Of a stretch of 64,000 nt of DNA, positions 42,126 to 50,476 are shown in pieces (the first letter of the stretch is position 1; each line of letters opens with the position of its first letter). Origin of the DNA: a virus; the IMG/VR virus record IMGVR_UViG_3300020034_000009, positions 7,436 to 71,435 of that record; one strand, given 5' to 3'. Made by a program: the position numbers and the translations under genes. Under the pieces are notes generated by a model that saw nothing but the letters and a program-made list of their open reading frames with translations, was not told the DNA's origin and made no database searches.

Positions 42126-43223
42126 TTAAATTTTTGTATTCTTATCTATGAATTTATTTGGGGCATTATCAAAATCTACTCCTACTGTATTGTCTATCAG
42201 GTTTATAGTAGTAGATTTTATAGCATCTCCAATCAATGGCTTTAGCTCCTCACTTGTCCCATCTGTATAATGTATAAAAACAGAAATAACATAAGGCTTT
42301 CCTGTTCTTGATGTTGTTATATAATGTATTGTCTTATTCATATTAGACTTTTTAGTTGTTGTTGTGGTGGTGGTTGTATTAGGTTTCTTAGTAGTAGAAG
42401 TAGTCGTAGTTGTTGTGGCTGGAGGAGGACCATCAGTAGGAATAATTGGATGAAATCCATCAGCAGGATTAACTAGCCTAAATCCCGGAGCATTACTAAG
42501 TAGGAATTCACCCGGAGTTATAGTAGGTGTTGGAGTTGATCCTTCTACACCGGGAGAAAAGGCTGGTTTAGTAAATACAATAGGCAAAATAGAGTGTTGA
42601 TTAGTTACTGGTGTTACACCATATATAGTAGTATAGGCTGTTCCTCCAGCATTATTAATCCATGTACTCCATTTTTTAGTTACATCATACAGATTACCAC
42701 CTACTTGTGTGTCATACTTACTAGTAAGAAACCATGAAGGAATACCTAATTCAGCCATAAGAGCAGCTGCCAATCCATTATTACCATTACCCGGAGCTAC
42801 AAATACTACACCAGAGAGTTGCCTGAGGATTTCCAAATCGGCATTGTTCCAGAACCCATATCCACCTAAGGAGTGAGCAATTACACTCACATAGTTAGCC
42901 TTTAGAATTTCCTTAGCATACTTAATAGCCCCAAGTATTTCTGTCTTAGTATATGTTAAATCAGGACCAAGAGCTACTACATTGTAATTCAATGTATTAG
43001 CCTCAGCATAAATATTAGACACCACTCTCCTATCAATAGCTTCAAGTTGTGCTCTGACAGTTGCCCACTGTTCTATCCTTCTACCAGCTATTATCTCAGC
43101 CTTAGCCTCACCAATTCCGGGCATAATTACAATAGCGTGTTGTCCCTCTCTATAGTGGTCGTTTTTGAGCACTACCAAGTTGGCTGCTATTGTACTATTC
43201 TTCTCAAATATTAATTTTTCCAT
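42126..43223 (-). CDS. Alpha/beta-hydrolase with Thr-rich linker and C-terminal domain
   Basis: MPGIGE oxyanion loop, AHSLGG nucleophile elbow, candidate Asp (KYD) and His (QHS); TTTTTTSTTKKPNTTTTTTT linker. Confidence 0.75.
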   Translation of the reverse strand: MEKLIFEKNSTIAANLVVLKNDHYREGQHAIVIMPGIGEAKAEIIAGRRIEQWATVRAQLEAIDRRVVSNIYAEANTLNYNVVALGPDLTYTKTEILGAIKYAKEILKANYVSVIAHSLGGYGFWNNADLEILRQLSGVVFVAPGNGNNGLAAALMAELGIPSWFLTSKYDTQVGGNLYDVTKKWSTWINNAGGTAYTTIYGVTPVTNQHSILPIVFTKPAFSPGVEGSTPTPTITPGEFLLSNAPGFRLVNPADGFHPIIPTDGPPPATTTTTTSTTKKPNTTTTTTTTKKSNMNKTIHYITTSRTGKPYVISVFIHYTDGTSEELKPLIGDAIKSTTINLIDNTVGVDFDNAPNKFIDKNTKI

Positions 43224-43455
43224 TATCCTCTGTTTTAGTCATTGTTCTATCCATACCAAATCCCTTCTGCTCAGTCCATTTAGGCTGAGAAGCGTCAGTA
43301 GTTATATACTTAGGAAAGGGATCATCCCTATATATAGGCTGTGTTGGTTTAGGGTCTTCCTTTAATAGTGTTATAAGCTCATCTAATGTGATGTGTTTCT
43401 CATCTAATAGCCTCTTGACTATTAACATCTTCTGTTCATTATCTGTAATGGTCAT
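43204..43455 (-). CDS. Hypothetical protein (true start probably ATG 43455)
   Basis: Upstream part of the listed ORF is occupied by a promoter. Confidence 0.6.
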   Translation of the reverse strand: MTITDNEQKMLIVKRLLDEKHITLDELITLLKEDPKPTQPIYRDDPFPKYITTDASQPKWTEQKGFGMDRTMTKTEDNGKINI

Positions 43456-43478
43456 ATTATGTTTGTTTTTTATATGTG

Positions 43479-43510
43479 CAAATATACAATAACTATTCCA
43501 ACTATCCAAA
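43479..43510 (-). promoter_or_regulatory. Bacteroidota-type promoter
   Basis: TTTG-20nt-TATATTTG. Confidence 0.75.
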
Positions 43511-43516
43511 TTTATT

Positions 43517-44254
43517 CTAATCTCCTATAAACCAAGTTATATTAGAACTATACTCATCCTCATGTCTATAGTGGGGAGCATCAGGATTCTGCCTCAGTTC
43601 TGCTATCCTAGGCTTATTAATACTGGAGGCATAGGCCAATGGGCTAGATTGATTTCCTATGAATAGCTTACAACTATTAATGGCATTGAATGTCTCCTGT
43701 AGGTGGTGTGTCACCAGAGGGGGTACAAGTGCCTTTAGAGGAAACTTCTCCCATTGGGCTATATCTGTACACAGAAACTTAATATTGCCTAAATGCTCCT
43801 CTAATAGGTCCCACCACCTACTATTAGTATACTCTCCCCATGGCCTAATGCTACGATTAACTATCACCCCCTCAAATTGCTCTATAGGATTAACTATCCA
43901 TGCAAAATCTTTAGGTGGGTCTATGTCTGGTAGGAATGTACTGAAATACACATCAGTCCATGCTCTATTGAAGAGCTTAGGACTATTCCTAAATTCATAA
44001 AGCCTAACATCTATCCTCTCTCCGTGATATATCTGGAAGCTACTAACAAAGGGTTGAGCTAACACCATTGGAGCCAGCTCTAAGAATGTGTTATATATTC
44101 CCGTTGTAAATCCATCCCCATGGGTAGACAAATATAAGTCTGCCTTTTCTCCTGTTTGGGAATATATATAAGAGGGTATTACCAAACTGTGTATGGTATC
44201 CCCTAATTTCCCACCCAACAAATATGATTTATTCATAATACTATTATTGCCCAT
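43517..44254 (-). CDS. Glycosyltransferase, GT-B fold, GT9/heptosyltransferase-like
   Basis: GKLGDTIHSL and INSCKLFIGNQSSPLAYA motifs. Confidence 0.8.
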   Translation of the reverse strand: MGNNSIMNKSYLLGGKLGDTIHSLVIPSYIYSQTGEKADLYLSTHGDGFTTGIYNTFLELAPMVLAQPFVSSFQIYHGERIDVRLYEFRNSPKLFNRAWTDVYFSTFLPDIDPPKDFAWIVNPIEQFEGVIVNRSIRPWGEYTNSRWWDLLEEHLGNIKFLCTDIAQWEKFPLKALVPPLVTHHLQETFNAINSCKLFIGNQSSPLAYASSINKPRIAELRQNPDAPHYRHEDEYSSNITWFIGD

Positions 44255-44311
44255 ACCATTGTCACTATTATCATTGCTAATAATACAACCGTTACTACTA
44301 TACCATCAATA

Positions 44312-44650
44312 TTACGCTTGTTCTTCACAATACTTAATATAAGATGCTTCAATTTCTTTCTCAAACTTCTTCTTAGTCCATAGACACTCAAATACTCTTC
44401 CAGAGAATGTATTAACAATTGTAATATCAAAATGATCTGTTCTATCCTCAGGCTCAAATTCCTCGCCACCATCCTCAGTCCATCCTGATATGTCTGACAT
44501 ATGCACTCTAGCCTTTCCACTCACCCATGTAGGTTCTTCATCCACTATATCCTCTCCATCCTGTTTAGCCTTCCTAAGAGCTTCCTTAATAGCCTTCTGA
44601 TCATGTACTTTAATCGGAAACTCAAAAAATCCTGATAAAAAACCCATCAT
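44312..44650 (-). CDS. Hypothetical protein
   Basis: 112-aa packed ORF. Confidence 0.6.
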   Translation of the reverse strand: MMGFLSGFFEFPIKVHDQKAIKEALRKAKQDGEDIVDEEPTWVSGKARVHMSDISGWTEDGGEEFEPEDRTDHFDITIVNTFSGRVFECLWTKKKFEKEIEASYIKYCEEQA

Positions 44651-45117
44651 TTAATATTTAATAATTTCTGTATTTGTCTAAACTCATTAATAGAAGGACA
44701 CCTACCCACATAATGACTCTTAACACCATATATATCTAGTATTTCTCCATCCCAAGTGAAACTTCTTTCATCATCCTTACTGACAAATACCATAGGAGCA
44801 CCATCTAATGATGTGGCAAACTCTCCCACTTGATGCCCACTAAACTTCCACCCCTCTCCTTCTATTTGCTCCTTAGTTAAATAAGGAGTTCTAACATATT
44901 TAGGATTAAATCTTAATAGTCTCTCTACATGCTCATAAGACAACAGACTGCTTCCTACTTCATTCTCCATCCACTTTCCCTGATCTACTGTTTCTACTGT
45001 ATATCCCACTTTTATATCCTCTATAGAGGGTGTGAAATACTTATTATAGTCAGGGATGGGAACTTTATTCATTCCTCCACCCCAGTCTCCTGTTAAATAT
45101 CCGTCTTCTACTACCAT
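44647..45117 (-). CDS. Hypothetical protein
   Basis: YFTPSIEDIKVGY and C.SINEFR motifs; start uncertain. Confidence 0.6.
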   Translation of the reverse strand: MVVEDGYLTGDWGGGMNKVPIPDYNKYFTPSIEDIKVGYTVETVDQGKWMENEVGSSLLSYEHVERLLRFNPKYVRTPYLTKEQIEGEGWKFSGHQVGEFATSLDGAPMVFVSKDDERSFTWDGEILDIYGVKSHYVGRCPSINEFRQIQKLLNIK

Positions 45118-46172
45118 TCACAAAATGTTGACAACCAGACTCTTGCAGCCTTCTCGTTGTATTTGTTTAACGAAAATATTTGAGACCATTCAAAGAAATA
45201 CTTAAATGACATGGCCTGTTCTATTTTCTTAACAATATCCTCCGCTGTATTCTCAGGGATTTTATTAATAACTGGGGCCCACTTAATAGCATCACTCACC
45301 ACTATAGGAACATGCTGCAATGTAGAATCAGCTGCTATAATATTAAAGGACTCACTGAATGAGCACTGTAAATTTACATCCATTGATCCTAACAACTGTA
45401 GGAAATCAGTCCTGTTCATCCATGGCAATTCCACCAGCTTATGCTGAGGGAACTGTTTAAACAGGGAAATGATATTCTTATATACAGTTTCCCCACCCTG
45501 CTCCTGCCTTGTAGTATTCATAAAGAATGTCAACTCCTTATTATGCTTATTAGCATATGTAATGGCAGCAACAGCCTCTATTAACTGATTCTTTAGAGGA
45601 CGAATAGCCCCAAAACATCCTACATTTACTCTCTTTAGGTGGGGTTTCTTAGGTGAGGAGAAAAAATAAGCCAGCCTCTCTCTAGTAAACTTCCTATTGT
45701 TATATTCATTAGTCCCTACAGAGTGGTATATGTTAGGCAAATATCCTATTCTCTTATCCTTTCCATACAAATTACGGAATTCATGGGTGGTTTCCTCAGA
45801 ATTAAAGGCCACTCCTGTCTCCCCATCCTCAATATACTCCCCAATCCAACCCATAGCTATCCCCTCATTCTGTAGGAATGACAACTCAGAGTGAATTCTG
45901 ACAATAAATTCGACATTAGAATGTAGTTTAGCCACTTCCCTTATTTTAGCTGGTGTCACCCATAAGGCTTCAATTACACACGCATCTGGCCTATAGTTAT
46001 ACACTTCCTTGTCTACACCATTACCATCTACACATTGAACCACCTTGGTTTCATAACCCAAATTGTAGAGTTCTTCGGAGAGGATAGTAGCTGAGTTGTA
46101 CAGCCCACCCTTCTTAGAGTTGGAATAGTCTCCGTATTCCACACCCTTCTTCAATAAAAATAGTATTTTCAT
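45111..46172 (-). CDS. Glycosyltransferase, GT4-like (GT-B)
   Basis: GCFGAIRPLKN and SFSESFNIIAADS..VPIVVS (EX7E-type) motifs. Confidence 0.85.
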   Translation of the reverse strand: MKILFLLKKGVEYGDYSNSKKGGLYNSATILSEELYNLGYETKVVQCVDGNGVDKEVYNYRPDACVIEALWVTPAKIREVAKLHSNVEFIVRIHSELSFLQNEGIAMGWIGEYIEDGETGVAFNSEETTHEFRNLYGKDKRIGYLPNIYHSVGTNEYNNRKFTRERLAYFFSSPKKPHLKRVNVGCFGAIRPLKNQLIEAVAAITYANKHNKELTFFMNTTRQEQGGETVYKNIISLFKQFPQHKLVELPWMNRTDFLQLLGSMDVNLQCSFSESFNIIAADSTLQHVPIVVSDAIKWAPVINKIPENTAEDIVKKIEQAMSFKYFFEWSQIFSLNKYNEKAARVWLSTFCEW

Positions 46173-46186
46173 AGTGTTAAGTTTTA

Positions 46187-46327
46187 TTATTGTGATATTG
46201 TTCCTAGTAATTTACCAATAGTCTCAAGAGTTTGTTTCCTTATATTCTCATCCAATACCTCGTATTTAAGTACTATTAACAACCTAGTTAATGTATCAAT
46301 AGCCTGAGCTGCTTCCTGTTGTGTCAT
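46187..46327 (-). CDS. 46-aa hypothetical protein (below ORF cutoff)
   Basis: MTQQEAAQAIDTLTRLL..., fills the intergenic gap. Confidence 0.5.
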   Translation of the reverse strand: MTQQEAAQAIDTLTRLLIVLKYEVLDENIRKQTLETIGKLLGTISQ

Positions 46328-46345
46328 ACTAATTTATTTATTGGT

Positions 46346-46630
46346 TTATATTGGGACAACTTTTATGCCATTTGTCTTCTTACTCTTAGACGGAATCCTT
46401 ATTAATAAGTATTTAGACGTCATTTGCTCTGTCCATCCTCCATCCAGTTCTATAGCATGATCTATAATAATATGTGTAGAAATTTTGGCTAACCTACCAT
46501 GCTGCTTTATAAAACTCATGATTTCATTATAGCCATGCTCATTGGTAAGTATTAATACTGTCTTAGCTTCCTTAAATGGGTGGGCCAGCTCCACTACTAT
46601 ATCCTCCACCTTACTAAATCTCTGTATCAT
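46346..46630 (-). CDS. Hypothetical protein
   Basis: 94-aa packed ORF. Confidence 0.6.
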   Translation of the reverse strand: MIQRFSKVEDIVVELAHPFKEAKTVLILTNEHGYNEIMSFIKQHGRLAKISTHIIIDHAIELDGGWTEQMTSKYLLIRIPSKSKKTNGIKVVPI

Positions 46631-46631
46631 A

Positions 46632-46865
46632 TTATACTGTTAATAGTTTTACTTCCTTTACTTTACAACTATCCACCCCATCAAATAATACTCCCCAATA
46701 GTTATTATAAACATCATAAAACACCTTAGCTTCAGTAAACCTGACAGCCATAATTGTTCCCTCTAGGAATTCATCAGTGATTCCAAGGGAATTCTGGTGT
46801 CTCTTCATAGGACGAAATTCTACTGCCTCTCCTATTGCAAAGGAGGAAAAAAACTCATTAGTCAT
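46632..46865 (-). CDS. Small SH3-like hypothetical protein
   Basis: FAIGEAV..GTIMAVRFTEAKVFYDV; first gene of the leftward arm. Confidence 0.65.
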   Translation of the reverse strand: MTNEFFSSFAIGEAVEFRPMKRHQNSLGITDEFLEGTIMAVRFTEAKVFYDVYNNYWGVLFDGVDSCKVKEVKLLTV

Positions 46866-46888
46866 AATTGGTTGGTTTTAATTTAGAT

Positions 46889-46920
46889 CAAAGGTAGTAC
46901 TAATCAATTTTAATACCAAA
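46889..46920 (-). promoter_or_regulatory. Consensus Bacteroidota promoter driving the leftward arm
   Basis: TTTG-20nt-TACCTTTG preceded by long A tracts. Confidence 0.85.
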
Positions 46921-46984
46921 TTTTTTTTAAGTTTTTTTGTTATTTTTTTTTCTTTTTATATTTTATTCCTTTTTTAGAATTTTT

Positions 46985-47056
46985 GGGATATTTATAGGTG
47001 GTAGATTGACCCCACCCAAGCCACCCCCACTAAATGTTGTGGTCGGGGGGTATCCC
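46985..47056 (+). other. GC-rich three-way-junction structure at the strand switch
   Basis: GGGATATTT/GGGTATCCC closing GGTGG..CCACC and GCCAC..GTGGT hairpins. Confidence 0.5.
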
Positions 47057-47086
47057 CACACTTAAACAATTAAAACTTAAACAATT

Positions 47087-47455
47087 ATGAAACGTTTCAC
47101 TATCGTATCAGTAAACAAGACAGCTGCTGGCAATTACTCAGGTTATTCTAGCATGGGAGAGAGAGTCCACATCTATGGCAAACAGTATGAGAATGCTGGC
47201 AGTCCAACTGGCACATTCTACGTTACTGCTGAACCAGTAGAGTATGATGAAACCGATGACAAGGATCAGCCAACTGGTGTCAAGTTTGTCAGGCTCACAG
47301 CTCGTGGAGTGTTTGCAAATGCTGCTGCTTACGCTGATGCTGCTACTGCTGACATGGCTCTGGACATTGCAGTCCTTGCTGCTCGCAAGAAGATTGGCCT
47401 TGCCAATAAGCTTGATGATGCTGAGCTGTCTAGGCTTCTGGCACAGTCTATCTAA
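47087..47455 (+). CDS. First early gene, hypothetical
   Basis: 122 aa; GC-richer codons than neighbours; has its own terminator. Confidence 0.8.
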   Translation: MKRFTIVSVNKTAAGNYSGYSSMGERVHIYGKQYENAGSPTGTFYVTAEPVEYDETDDKDQPTGVKFVRLTARGVFANAAAYADAATADMALDIAVLAARKKIGLANKLDDAELSRLLAQSI

Positions 47456-47459
47456 TATT

Positions 47460-47487
47460 AAGGGGAGGCTAACGCCTCTCCCTTTTT
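47460..47487 (+). terminator. Intrinsic terminator
   Basis: GGGGAGGC-TAAC-GCCTCTCC then CTTTTT. Confidence 0.85.
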
Positions 47488-47512
47488 CCATATATAGATA
47501 GTCAGCTTAAAC

Positions 47513-47637
47513 ACTATTAATACATAATATTGAATAGATTAAACAACTGATGTATTTCTTTAGAGGAATACTATATACAGTAGTCTAATATGGTTAACGC
47601 CCAATTAGGTGACTATTCTTTGTTATGTATTAATAGT
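47513..47637 (+). ncRNA. Long-stem three-way-junction RNA
   Basis: ACTATTAATACATAATA..GAATAG pairs with CTATTC..TGTTATGTATTAATAGT; two internal hairpins. Confidence 0.5.
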
Positions 47638-47649
47638 TTTATACATTTT

Positions 47650-47709
47650 CACCGGTAAAATACCGCCATTCACCGAGATTGTCCAAAAACACCGAGAAAA
47701 CACTCCATT
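47650..47709. repeat. Phased CACCG repeats
   Basis: CACCG/TACCG at 47650, 47661, 47671, 47690; two ~21-nt imperfect copies. Confidence 0.5.
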
Positions 47710-47943
47710 ATATATAGTATATACATAGACATACATATATTCACTCTATAGACACCATATTTATTAACACTATTAACACTATTTATCATGGATGAGAAAG
47801 AATTAGGCGATTTCCTTTGCATTTATACTGCAAATTGGGATAATAATGACTAAAAAGAGTGTAAATTGTTAATAGTGTACACATAACACACTATTCTCTT
47901 AATACTCTTTACGCTTAAAATAGTCCTAATACAACATTAATAT

Positions 47944-48066
47944 AGCATTAATATACAATTCATTGGTTTATATCCTTCTAGAAGGTTATATTCTTAACCT
48001 ATTGTCTCATAGAAGACAACTGAGAACAACTGGCTAAACAGTGGGGATGTATTGTATATTAATGTT
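47944..48066 (+). ncRNA. Long-stem multi-hairpin RNA
   Basis: AGCATTAATATACAAT/ATTGTATATTAATGTT and ATATCCTT/GGGGATGT enclose three small hairpins. Confidence 0.45.
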
Positions 48067-48228
48067 CTTTGTTTTAGAGAGCCAATGACTATGGCTGTAC
48101 ACTATTTAGTGTAGATATAAGGATTTATTCCATAGTTCCTGATAATGCTAGCAAGAGGGTAAAGGCTAGATAGGTATCACTACTCTTTTTATTAATGTTC
48201 TTTTTATTCACTTATTAATACCAAAACT

Positions 48229-48417
48229 ATGTTAAATACTGCAAACCCAGTTAGTTCTTTAGAAACTGTTACATATTCAAGTGGTTTAGATGAGAATGGT
48301 ATAGTATATTATATTAATACTCCTGATGGGGAATTAACATTATATACTGAAGCATTTAGTCTATTCTGTTCTCTTATGGCTCAATTGGAGAAGAATTTAG
48401 TTCGTATTGATTATTAA
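48229..48417 (+). CDS. Early hypothetical protein
   Basis: 62 aa; AT-rich start context. Confidence 0.6.
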   Translation: MLNTANPVSSLETVTYSSGLDENGIVYYINTPDGELTLYTEAFSLFCSLMAQLEKNLVRIDY

Positions 48418-48430
48418 CTCATTATTATAT

Positions 48431-48500
48431 GCCGGATTAGTTTTAATTGGTAGAACACCTAGTGCGCTAGGAGATGGGGGTTTGAATCCCCCATTTGGCT
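48431..48500 (+). tRNA. tRNA-like RNA lacking an anticodon loop
   Basis: GCCGGAT/ATTTGGC acceptor, D-arm with TGG, GGGGG-TTTGAAT-CCCCC T-arm, but CCTAG-TGCG-CTAGG has a 4-nt loop. Confidence 0.8.
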
Positions 48501-48601
48501 GCTTGAATAGTTATTAACGAGGCGTCAGTATACGCCTACAATGAGCTTAGTAGTTCAAGAGATTCAAGATACATATTATTAATACATTTAATTCAATTGT
48601 T

Positions 48602-48859
48602 ATGATATATAACTCAGCTCCAATGACAATGGATAAGTTATTCTCTCTTGGTAAGTGTAATTTACGTGATATTATCTCTGCCGGAGAAGTGTGTTCTCTA
48701 CTAGATGGAGATGATTACATGGCTCTTGGTTGGCTGAATGCGGGTATTAAGTTGCCTTCTTATCAGTTTGAAGAGTTGTATTCTAACCGGAGTGGCTCTT
48801 ACTGTATTTATATCAATAAACAGTTCAGAGCCTACTATTGTGTAGATATGGGTGATTAA
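48602..48859 (+). CDS. Early hypothetical protein
   Basis: 85 aa; ends YCVDMGD. Confidence 0.7.
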   Translation: MIYNSAPMTMDKLFSLGKCNLRDIISAGEVCSLLDGDDYMALGWLNAGIKLPSYQFEELYSNRSGSYCIYINKQFRAYYCVDMGD

Positions 48860-48870
48860 CTCACTCTCTA

Positions 48871-48923
48871 GAGGATATAACATATAGATGTGTTATTTAT
48901 AGGTTCGATTCCTATTATCCTCT
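48871..48923 (+). ncRNA. Mini tRNA-like element
   Basis: GAGGATA/TATCCTC acceptor plus ATAGG-TTCGATT-CCTAT T-arm; one hairpin replaces D and anticodon arms. Confidence 0.75.
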
Positions 48924-49111
48924 CATTTATTAACTCACTAAACTGTTATTATATGACTCATTACTTAACATATGTATATACATGCTCTGTAAATGGTGTA
49001 ATTCCATGTTCTATAGAGAGGTGGAGAATACAGTTTGGATAACTAGTAGATGTAAAATACTAAGCAATAATGTGGTGAGTTATCCCTCGTATTGCCCATG
49101 TTTTCTATTAT

Positions 49112-49230
49112 TAAGCGTTAGTATACAATAGTTTGGATGTGTTAAGCATGTCATAACCTCTATCGGCAGATAAGAGTAGGTGTCAATCATGCCCATTCTA
49201 AATACTAGTTCTATTGTGTACTAATGCTTA
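49112..49230 (+). ncRNA. Long bulged hairpin RNA
   Basis: TAAGCGTTAGTATACAATAG/CTATTGTGTACTAATGCTTA with nested GCATG/CATGC, ACCT/AGGT and ATC-GGCA-GAT. Confidence 0.55.
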
Positions 49231-49267
49231 TTTATTACATTGATTATTAACCTTTTATACATATTAT

Positions 49268-49492
49268 ATGATACTCAAAGCTGGTCAATCATTTACCTTT
49301 TATACTAATGAGTTTGTTGAAAAACTCAATACTCTTGAGCCTATAGAGAGGGTTAAACTTCTGCTTACTGCTGCTGAAGAAGAAATTAGTGATTATAGAA
49401 GCGAAGTAGGTATAGGCTATTCAGCTGATATGATCTACAATAAAGCTCATGGTCTTATTTCTGAAGCTCTATCTACACTTGGAAGAGACTAA
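49268..49492 (+). CDS. Early hypothetical protein
   Basis: 74-aa ORF. Confidence 0.65.
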   Translation: MILKAGQSFTFYTNEFVEKLNTLEPIERVKLLLTAAEEEISDYRSEVGIGYSADMIYNKAHGLISEALSTLGRD

Positions 49493-49516
49493 TTATTAAC
49501 CATTTAACTATATATT

Positions 49517-49732
49517 ATGCTTAAAGTATATTGTATTCACCATAATGAATATGGATTTTGTACTCTTGATGACTATAATGATAGTAAATCAGGGGCTAAT
49601 CCCTCTGGAATGCTTAGAGTAGAGTTTAATACATTCACTCAGGCTGTTCCACTTAATACTATTACTCTTGTTGATGATGAGGAGCCAACTGAAGCTGATT
49701 ACTGGAGTGGTGAGGCTGAGTATCCACAATAG
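49517..49732 (+). CDS. Early acidic hypothetical protein
   Basis: 71-aa ORF. Confidence 0.65.
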   Translation: MLKVYCIHHNEYGFCTLDDYNDSKSGANPSGMLRVEFNTFTQAVPLNTITLVDDEEPTEADYWSGEAEYPQ

Positions 49733-49781
49733 AATTAAGGGGGTGGAATTCCCCTATTATTCATTAATAAAACTAATACAA

Positions 49782-50024
49782 ATGAAGAAAGTAATAATAA
49801 ATAAGCCTAAAGCAGACTCTATATATTTAGAAGATGTTTCATTACTCAATCAGATTCTAACATTTAATAGTAATAGTGGCAGTTGGGGTATTATATTTGA
49901 AAAAGGCAATGGTTGCCCTAAATACCGGATTAAATGGACTGATGGTAGTGAATGTATGAGTGAATATGATAGTATTAAAGAATTAATGATTGATATGCCT
50001 TCTGTAGACTATTATGTACTATAA
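49782..50024 (+). CDS. Early hypothetical protein (paralog of 50477)
   Basis: Start moved to MKKVIINK; WG.I and S+.EL+ shared with 50477. Confidence 0.65.
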   Translation: MKKVIINKPKADSIYLEDVSLLNQILTFNSNSGSWGIIFEKGNGCPKYRIKWTDGSECMSEYDSIKELMIDMPSVDYYVL

Positions 50025-50166
50025 ATTAATATGTTATGAACAACTTACTATTAACACTAAATGAGCCATTTTGGGTATATGGACATATTGTACCAACTAA
50101 ATACAATGTATTCCCTGCTCCTATAATGAGAATTGATAATATTCCTTATAATCTAAACTAATTGTT

Positions 50167-50370
50167 ATGTTTAAAGACAGCTCTTTAGAGCCCTTACTCA
50201 AGCCTGTTAATCCTATAGTATATTATTCTGTAGAATTTGAAGGACTTGAAACTCCTGTTTATACTATTCAGACACCGGGAAATCCATTAGAACTATTCTC
50301 TGGAGAAATGGTAGATTTAATATTCCTTCTACAGTCTCTTGGTATAAAAGTGGAGAGAAAACAAGATTAA
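50167..50370 (+). CDS. Early hypothetical protein
   Basis: 67-aa ORF. Confidence 0.6.
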   Translation: MFKDSSLEPLLKPVNPIVYYSVEFEGLETPVYTIQTPGNPLELFSGEMVDLIFLLQSLGIKVERKQD

Positions 50371-50476
50371 TCACTATTAATACTACTATTATGTTAACAA
50401 CATTCATTGTTGGAGGTGTATTATTCATATACCTCAATGGTAAACTTATTGATAAACAGCTTATTAAACTATAAAA

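Noticed and set aside
1101-45894. Many + strand ORFs (60-180 aa) and short alternate-frame - strand ORFs in the track
   Set aside because: Antisense or off-frame shadows of the long minus-strand genes, with low-complexity S/L/I-rich translations
1-46865. Genome-wide TAG recoding as in some crAss-like phages
   Set aside because: Very long late genes contain no internal TAG, and TAG terminates genes (43517, 45111, 49732); only one internal TAG was seen
47138-47501. ORFs 47138-47491 (-) and 47244-47501 (+)
   Set aside because: Overlap the well-formed gene 47087-47455 and its terminator
47546-48190. Hammerhead-like (CTGATG) and twister-like (TAATG..GAGGGT) words
   Set aside because: Required partner motifs (GAAA core; AAGCCC/T1 pairing) are absent
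48431-48500. Amber-suppressor tRNA (contains CTA)
   Set aside because: Both CTA triplets are in the stem; no alternative fold places one in a 7-nt loop
49064-49101. HDV/theta-like ribozyme topology (GCAATA/TATTGC, ATGTGG/CCATGT, TGAG/CTCG)
   Set aside because: No P1.1, P4 or J4/2 catalytic C segment, and zero linker before the P2 3' strand
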